Shown here piece after piece: positions 28,304 to 34,671 of a stretch of 34,671 nucleotides of DNA; the stretch's first letter is position 1, and the number at the start of each line of letters is the position of its first letter. The notes under the pieces are model-generated. The model made no database searches. It saw only the letters and a list, made by a program, of their open reading frames with translations, and was not told the DNA's origin. This DNA comes from an uncultured Clostridium sp. (lineage in GTDB: Bacteria; Bacillota; Clostridia; TANB77; CAG-508). Made by a program: the position numbers and the translations under genes. The stretch lies in assembly GCA_946495905.1 (NCBI GenBank), contig CAMMEP010000003.1:1-34671 (forward strand), in the 5' to 3' direction.

Positions 28304-28765
28304 TTATGACGGAAAGTTACTGTTATACCATACAAAACCATAGGTAACAACATTATCTCCTCTTTCAATGCCATCATCTTTTCCATCATTTTTCCACGGC
28401 GTAATGCCATGCTGTTTTGCAACATTTTCAACAATTTGCATTATTTCTTTTATTCTTTCCATTTTTTTATCGGAAAGTACAATTTTTTCTGACAACTTTG
28501 TTTTGTTGTCAATTTTGTATCTAGTTGCATCATTTGCTATTACCTCTAAGGATAATCCGTTTTTTACTTGGCTTAATACAACACTGACATAACTAAGCCG
28601 CTCCAGTTCGAGTCCAGAAAAGCTATAAAACTTCTCTACAATTTTTTGCCAAATTGCATCAGCAACTTCTAAATCATCGGCCGACTGAGCTAGATTTCTT
28701 TTTCTGTTTAGTATTTCATTTACAGAAATGTTTCCATCACCAAAGGTTTCGTTCATAGTTGACAT
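28304..28765 (-). CDS. Hypothetical protein (ORFan)
   Basis: AAGGAGG RBS; own consensus promoter and terminator; 153 aa. Confidence 0.75.
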   Translation of the reverse strand: MSTMNETFGDGNISVNEILNRKRNLAQSADDLEVADAIWQKIVEKFYSFSGLELERLSYVSVVLSQVKNGLSLEVIANDATRYKIDNKTKLSEKIVLSDKKMERIKEIMQIVENVAKQHGITPWKNDGKDDGIERGDNVVTYGFVWYNSNFPS

Positions 28766-28812
28766 AGTATGTCCTCCTTTTTTTGTGGTATGGTTAACGA
28801 GTAATAGTATCT

Positions 28813-28841
28813 ATTATAACCTCTTTATTACTATATGTCAA
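28813..28841 (-). promoter_or_regulatory. Consensus sigma70 promoter
   Basis: TTGACA-17 nt-TATAAT exact. Confidence 0.8.
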
Positions 28842-28920
28842 ATACGTAACATTATTTTACATATTTTTGAATATATATAGTTAAATAGGCTTTAAGTTAT
28901 TTTGAAGGGAGTTAATTACT

Positions 28921-29661
28921 ATGATTAATATTTTGTTAAATGGTTGTAATGGAAACATGGGAAAAGCCATGATTCAGTATGTTAATACATTACCTAATTT
29001 TAATATATTATATGGAATTGATAAAGAAAACTCAAATTTATTTCATTCTATTAATAAAAAACCAGATGTAATTATTGACTTTTCTACTGTTAGTGCTACT
29101 TTTTCTGCACTTAACTATGCTGTGGAAAATTTAGTTCCTATTGTAATTGCTACCACTGGATTTTCGCAAAATGATATAAAAAAAATTAATGAGTTTTCAG
29201 AGGCAATTCCTATTTTTAAATCTTCCAATATGTCTTATTCCATTCATTTAGTTTCTAATATTGCTGCTAATCTTGCTAAAAAGCTAAAAAATATGGATAT
29301 CGAGATAATCGAAAAGCACCATCGTAATAAAAAAGATGCACCAAGTGGTACAGCACTTATGATAGGTAATGCAATTAATAAAAAATGTGGTAAAAAATAT
29401 AAGTTTGTCTTTGATAGATGTTTCCATACTTCTATTGATAATAATACTAAGAAGTCCAAAAATGAAATTGGATTTTCTTCTCTTCGAGGCGGAAGCCTTG
29501 TTGGAGAGCATTCTATTTTGTTTTTAGGAGAAAATGAAACAATTGAAATTACACACACTGCCTATTCTAGAAATATTTATATAGAAGGAGCCTTAGATGC
29601 TGCTAGATTTATAATCACAAAGAAAAATGGTCTATACGATATGGAAGATTTGGTAGGGTGA
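28921..29661 (+). CDS. dapB: 4-hydroxy-tetrahydrodipicolinate reductase
   Basis: GCNGNMG, DVIIDFS, VIATTG, EKHHRNKKDAPSGTA, RGGSLVGEH. Confidence 0.96.
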   Translation: MINILLNGCNGNMGKAMIQYVNTLPNFNILYGIDKENSNLFHSINKKPDVIIDFSTVSATFSALNYAVENLVPIVIATTGFSQNDIKKINEFSEAIPIFKSSNMSYSIHLVSNIAANLAKKLKNMDIEIIEKHHRNKKDAPSGTALMIGNAINKKCGKKYKFVFDRCFHTSIDNNTKKSKNEIGFSSLRGGSLVGEHSILFLGENETIEITHTAYSRNIYIEGALDAARFIITKKNGLYDMEDLVG

Positions 29662-29714
29662 TTTTCTAAAATATTTTAGTTTTACTTTTCATATATATTA
29701 GTAGAGGTGAAAGT

Positions 29715-30598
29715 ATGAAAAAAGTTATTTTTAAAGGTTGTGGAACAGCTCTTGCTACTCCATTTACAAAAGATGGTGTAAATTTTGAAGAACTAAGGAA
29801 ACTAATTGAATTTCAAATTTTAGAAGATGTAGACAGTTTAATTATCTGTGGTACTACAGGAGAGTCTTCTACCATGAGTTTAGAAGAAAAAAAATCGGTT
29901 ATTGAATTTAGTGTAAAAGTAACAAATGGAAGAGTTCCCGTTATTGCAGGAACTGGTGGAAATAATACAAGAGAAGTAATTGCACTTTCCAAATATGCAG
30001 AAAGTGTTGGCGTAGATGGTTTGCTTTTAGTTACGCCATATTACAATAAAACTACCCAAGTGCGGATTAATTACCCATTATACCAAAATTGCAGAAAGTG
30101 TAAATCTCCCAATTATTTTATATAATGTACCAAGTAGAACAGGAATTAATATCGAACCAGAAACATGTCTAGCACTTTCTAAAGTTCCTAACATTGTTGC
30201 TATTAAAGAGGCCAGTCGGAAACATATCACAAGTTGCTAAAATAGCTAGTCTTTGTAAAGACGAACTAACTATCTACTCTGGTAATGATGACCAAATAGT
30301 TCCTATTCTTTCCTTAGGTGGATTTGGTGTTATCTCTGTCCTCTCCAATATATATCCTAAGTTTGTACACAATATGGTAATGGATTATCTTTCTGGAAAC
30401 TGGCAAAAAGCTTGTGCCTCCCAATTATATGCTTTACCACTTATTAACGCATTATTTAGTGAAGTTAACCCTATACCCGTAAAATATGCATTAAATAAAA
30501 TAGGCTTTGATAGTGGTATACCTAGACTTCCACTTGTTGAATTGTCGGATAAGAATAAAGAAAAAATAGATACCGCTTTAAAAAATTTTGAATTATAA
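29715..30598 (+). CDS. dapA: 4-hydroxy-tetrahydrodipicolinate synthase; two +1 frame breaks (30063, 30217)
   Basis: GTTGES, TPYYNK; skipping the C at each CGGA gives TTQV-G-LITHY...LYNVPSRTG...IKEAS-G-NISQ...YSGND...NPIPVK; 884 nt = 294 codons + 2 (293 aa). Confidence 0.93.
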
Positions 30599-30684
30599 AT
30601 TTATTAAACCTTTCTTAATTTCTTCACATTTACAGTATATCATGCTATAATAATATTATATTAACTTTTAGGAGTAGAATTTTA

Positions 30685-31332
30685 ATGAATTTACCTATTT
30701 TTCAAAAAAAACATTTCAAAAATGTGGAGAATACAGAAGATATTTATACCAATATTGGATGTAATATTGATTTATACATAGATAAAGATGTACATTCTAC
30801 TATGGATAAAAAATATCAATTGACAGAATTTTTTAATATCATACAGGATATTATTTCCAATGATACGGTAAAACAAATGAAACATTATAGGCAACACTGT
30901 AATACTTCTTGTTACAAACATTGTATGCAAGTTGCTTATTTTACTTATATTGCATGTAAAAAACTTAAATTAGATTATATTTCAGCTACACGTGCGGCGA
31001 TGCTTCATGATTTATTTTTATATGATTGGAGAAAAAAATATAGAGATATTGAGCTCCCTGGATTGCATGCCTTTGTACATCCTCAAATTGCTTTAAAAAA
31101 TGCTAGTCAATTATTTGCCTTAAATGAAATAGAAAAAGATATTATTGCCAAACACATGTGGCCAGTAACTTTCGGTTTGCCTAAATACAGAGAATCCTAT
31201 ATTGTTACTGTAATGGATAAATATAGTGCTTGTTTGGAGACATATTTGTATATAAGAAGTAAATTGAAAACAAAGACTTTTTATCGATATGCCTATGTTT
31301 TTTCTAGTTTGTTGCTGTTTAGGATGTTTTAG
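30685..31332 (+). CDS. HD-domain phosphohydrolase
   Basis: YRQH..SCYKHC, AMLHDLFLYDW, HAFVHP, DIIAKHMWP, DKY. Confidence 0.88.
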   Translation: MNLPIFQKKHFKNVENTEDIYTNIGCNIDLYIDKDVHSTMDKKYQLTEFFNIIQDIISNDTVKQMKHYRQHCNTSCYKHCMQVAYFTYIACKKLKLDYISATRAAMLHDLFLYDWRKKYRDIELPGLHAFVHPQIALKNASQLFALNEIEKDIIAKHMWPVTFGLPKYRESYIVTVMDKYSACLETYLYIRSKLKTKTFYRYAYVFSSLLLFRMF

Positions 31333-31433
31333 AGTTTATTTTTTTATTATATTAAAATCTATATTCTTTTTACTAAACAATTCTTTTTATTTTACACATC
31401 TATTTTTAGCTTGTACTTAGTTATTAAACTCTA

Positions 31434-31462
31434 TGTGGTGCAACACTTTTTGTTGCACCACA
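31434..31462. terminator. Hairpin between convergent HD gene and pilin gene (second hairpin ACCCC...GGGGT at about 31536-31566)
   Basis: TGTGGTGCAACA-CTTTT-TGTTGCACCACA. Confidence 0.55.
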
Positions 31463-31602
31463 GCTATTATTTTATTATTTAATGTTTTATTTGTATAGCT
31501 TTTTCTATACTTACTAATACCTTACTATTCTCCTACCCCCAAAAGTCCAAAGGTCTCTTTTGGGGTGTTTACTCTATATTTAGATATTACTTTTTCAACC
31601 TT

Positions 31603-32850
31603 CTAACCAGTATAATCTCCACTACCATAGTTGCCTCCGCCTATTGTAGACCATGTTTCTTCGTTTTGGTCCTCTATTACTTGTATCTGTTCTACTGTGA
31701 TATTAGATTTTAGAACAACTACGGGGCGCACCGCACAGCCACCCGCATTCCAGTCGCCGTCCGAGCCGAAGAGGCTGCTGCGGCCCGAGGCCGCACCGCC
31801 GCCGCTAATAACAGCGCCCGGGCCGAAGTTAGCATAGGACGAGTCCGCACCGACTCCCGGCGAAGCGAGCCAATAGGCTTTTGCATAATTTTCTGAATCT
31901 GTTGTTCCTGCAAATAGCATATCATATGCTTCTTGACTAATATTTATTCCTAATTGTTGGTATCCTTCATAATCGTAATAAAAGTAATACATGTTTCCAT
32001 TCACTTTTTCACCTGCTGTTGCTACTTGTGGTGGATTGGTTAAGGTATAATCTCCGCTTTGATAAGTATAACTTGGATATGAAGTTGTTCCGCCTATTGG
32101 GGTTTGCGAACTATCTGCATTTAACGTTACTGTTCCTGTATTATGCTCTCCTTCTTGCGGATAGTTTACTGTTACTCCTCCTAGCACATTTTCTATGTCT
32201 TTTATTGTCATACTTCTGGTTTCATCTGCTAAGCTACTATTATGGTACAATCCACTTATTTTATTTAGTACATTTACACAATTATCTGCTCCTATATAAC
32301 TTTCTAATACTAAGTATGGATCGTCCCCATCTTTTTTGATTGGACTTCCACTTGTTAGTAATAGATGCTGTCCATCTTCGCTTAATCCTAGCACTCTCCA
32401 TGTAGTACTTGCATTTTGGCTAAAGGTTTGGTTAGTTCCTCCGCTTATACTTTGTGAATCGGTATATCCAGTTTCATTCGTTCCTACGGTTATTGGGTCG
32501 TGTGCTTCTGGTGTGTAATTTACATAGTCTCCTACATTTATCTCTCCATCGTTAAAGGCTTGTACTAGTGTTTTTACTCCACTGCTACTTCCATTTTCTC
32601 CTATTATTTCATCTAAATAGCTTTCCACATTTGTTATGGATTCGTCCGTGTATGATGTATCATTTGCGTAATAATCTCTTGCATCTTCTGCCCTTTGTAT
32701 TAGTCCATTATCTCCAAATGCAAAGTTTATTGCTACTGTGGCTAGTATAATTAAAATAATAATGGTTATAACAAGAGCTACTAATGTGATACCTTTTTCT
32801 TGTGATATTCTTTTACCTTTTTTTGTTATTTCTTTTATTTTTTGTTTCAT
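31603..32850 (-). CDS. Type IV pilin-like protein with C-terminal CLec/DUF6273-like domain; probable DGR target
   Basis: KG|ITLVALVITIIILIILATVAINFAFGDNGLI; GDYVNY, WRVLG, YWLASP...AVRPVVVL. Confidence 0.82.
   Translation of the reverse strand: MKQKIKEITKKGKRISQEKGITLVALVITIIILIILATVAINFAFGDNGLIQRAEDARDYYANDTSYTDESITNVESYLDEIIGENGSSSGVKTLVQAFNDGEINVGDYVNYTPEAHDPITVGTNETGYTDSQSISGGTNQTFSQNASTTWRVLGLSEDGQHLLLTSGSPIKKDGDDPYLVLESYIGADNCVNVLNKISGLYHNSSLADETRSMTIKDIENVLGGVTVNYPQEGEHNTGTVTLNADSSQTPIGGTTSYPSYTYQSGDYTLTNPPQVATAGEKVNGNMYYFYYDYEGYQQLGINISQEAYDMLFAGTTDSENYAKAYWLASPGVGADSSYANFGPGAVISGGGAASGRSSLFGSDGDWNAGGCAVRPVVVLKSNITVEQIQVIEDQNEETWSTIGGGNYGSGDYTG
31721..31870 (-). other. Putative DGR variable region
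   Basis: 107/150 G+C and only 13/150 A on the coding strand (hand count); many NNC codons between YWLAS and VRPVV. Confidence 0.65.
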
Positions 32851-33004
32851 TTTTTCCTCCTTAATATGTATTTCTCTTTTATTTTAGTTTTATCTTTTTA
32901 GTTTATTTTATTCAAATATTTTTCTCCTTTTTCCATTGGTTTGTTGTTACTTCTTAAGTATATTTTTATAATATACTAATATTTTTATTTTTGCAAGAGT
33001 TTTT

Positions 33005-34528
33005 TTATTTTTTATTTTCTACATCCAATACCAACAACGATATCGTATATTCATAATCTTTGTATTTCGTACGAAAAGCTGCTTTTGAAATTAAGTTTGC
33101 ACCCAATTCTTGTTCTAAGGAATCTGCTATTGCATAATTGCTTGCATTTATTACCCATACACGTACATCTTTATCTGTTATTTCAGCTAGACTATGGATT
33201 ATTGTCATATTGGGACCATATGCACTTATAGCTTCATCGATATTCCAATAAGCACCATCCCAAAAGTATTGCTTTGTTTCTGGAAAATTAGCAGATACTA
33301 CAAAAGCACTTCCTTCATTTCCATAAAGCAAAATATCTCCTTCTTGTATATTTTCTTGTAAATACGTTATTGGTTTTGTATTGCTTTCATCATAATTTTT
33401 GTTAATTAGTTCTACATTCACATAAGTAGCAATGACGACTGATAAAATACATATTACAATTGTCATTGTTTTATTTCCATAGTTTCCAAGAAAGAAGCTA
33501 ATGAAAAAGATAAATAGTCCTGTGATACATAACATATATCTTGCATATAAAATCTCACTTTGCATGATAAGCGACATAATGCAGACTCCCACTAGTGTTA
33601 GAGCATAGATTATGATAGCATATTTTGCAGGTCGATTTTCTTCTTTATTCTTTCTGTTTCGTACGTATAAATAAATAACATAGCCACATATAATAAGGCC
33701 AAAGACACCTGCAATCCATGGAGACACATACATAGAGTCTTTAAGATTGCCACAAAATTGAAAATTAAACATTTCAATTAATGTACCTGGGAAAGTTATT
33801 TCTATCCAAAATCCAGCAGATACTTGACTAATTTGTAATAATAAATACACAAGCCATGGTATGTAAGCAATTATTTGAATAATTGCTACACCAATAAATA
33901 TTTTTAGATTAAAATTAAACTTCTTCTCTTTTACCGATTTTCGTATTAGATAAATAAATAATGCTACATTTATTATTCCAGCTGCTGCTAAAGCATAGTA
34001 ATGTGTATAGGCAGAAGCCAAACTAAATATACCAAACAAAATCCAGTTCTTTACATTTTTCTCTTCTGAATTTTTATAAATTCGATATGCATAAATCGCC
34101 ATTAAGGTGACAAGTAGCATGGCTAGTCCATACATTCTTATTTCTCCTGCATACGCTACCGTAACTGGTAAAAAATACACGAAAAAAGAAAATAATAGTC
34201 CTACTTTTTTTCCAAAATCTTTTCTAATATGCGTGAAACCAAGTATTCCTAAAATAGCTAACATTAATACAGAAAACAATCTATATACCATTATTTGATT
34301 TCCAAATATCATTCTAATAATATGTAAAATCCAATAATATAATACGGGATGAACATCATGTCCACCAATTTTCCAAATATCTCCAAAGCTCCTGTTTGAT
34401 ATTGCTACCGAATACGATTCGTCATACCATAAATTACTATGAAAAGCAGATAAGGAAATAAATATAACTCCTAGAATAATGATTATAATATGTATTAGCG
34501 TGATTTTATCTTTGAATATTTTTTTCAT
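33005..34528 (-). CDS. GT-C fold glycosyltransferase (PMT/GT39-like membrane protein)
   Basis: LWYDESYS, DVHPVLYY, RLFSV, EIRMY, YTHYY, ARYM; many TM segments. Confidence 0.85.
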   Translation of the reverse strand: MKKIFKDKITLIHIIIIILGVIFISLSAFHSNLWYDESYSVAISNRSFGDIWKIGGHDVHPVLYYWILHIIRMIFGNQIMVYRLFSVLMLAILGILGFTHIRKDFGKKVGLLFSFFVYFLPVTVAYAGEIRMYGLAMLLVTLMAIYAYRIYKNSEEKNVKNWILFGIFSLASAYTHYYALAAAGIINVALFIYLIRKSVKEKKFNFNLKIFIGVAIIQIIAYIPWLVYLLLQISQVSAGFWIEITFPGTLIEMFNFQFCGNLKDSMYVSPWIAGVFGLIICGYVIYLYVRNRKNKEENRPAKYAIIIYALTLVGVCIMSLIMQSEILYARYMLCITGLFIFFISFFLGNYGNKTMTIVICILSVVIATYVNVELINKNYDESNTKPITYLQENIQEGDILLYGNEGSAFVVSANFPETKQYFWDGAYWNIDEAISAYGPNMTIIHSLAEITDKDVRVWVINASNYAIADSLEQELGANLISKAAFRTKYKDYEYTISLLVLDVENKK

Positions 34529-34671
34529 GTTATGTTTTATCCTCTCTTTTATTTTTTAACATTATAGCATTTATTTTACAATTTTACATTATAAAATAAA
34601 AATTTTATTTATTTTTTGTGAATTTTCATTTGGAATTCCGGAATATTAATAAAAACTGAAATAAGTCTGGT

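Noticed and set aside
30063-30219. Simple sense reassignment of CGG (to Trp or Gln)
   Set aside because: A triplet reassignment would not restore the frame; the conserved sequence continues only in +1
20021-30220. Reading priA and dapA fragments as separate genes, ordinary pseudogenes or homopolymer errors
   Set aside because: The fragments join into full-length proteins, all three breaks share CGGA at Gly positions, and the extra base is not in a run. A platform-specific artefact cannot be fully excluded without reads.
31333-34671. Complete DGR cassette
   Set aside because: No reverse transcriptase, avd or template repeat in the window; only a candidate target is supported

Overview
Very AT-rich (roughly 28% GC by eye) Firmicutes/Clostridia chromosomal window. 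The pilin style suggests an uncultured gut clade such as TANB77/CAG-269 (inference only). Most genes are housekeeping genes on the minus strand (folA, thyA, rpmE, fmt, def, priA, gmk, rpoZ, remA, rsmE, sufC/sufB-like), with asd, dapB, dapA and an HD-domain gene on plus. Main result: priA (once) and dapA (twice) are each broken by one extra base at an identical site. At all three, an in-frame CGG is followed by A, and a conserved Gly (GGA) resumes in the +1 frame. In my manual scan these are the only in-frame CGG codons in the core genes. This points to a CGG(A)-specific +1 frameshifting or four-base decoding rule rather than random decay, but it needs read-level and proteomic checks. Other highlights: (1) a type IV pilin-like gene with a 150-nt, ~71% GC, adenine-depleted C-terminal block resembling a DGR variable region, with no RT or TR in the window; (2) a candidate defence pair, a catalytically degenerate McrB-like protein plus an ABC-ATPase-Schlafen fusion; (3) several structured intergenic palindromic elements, two of which are homologous and show compensatory base changes; (4) four stand-alone ORFans that each retain an in-frame CGG. 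No rRNA, tRNA, CRISPR array or transposase was seen.
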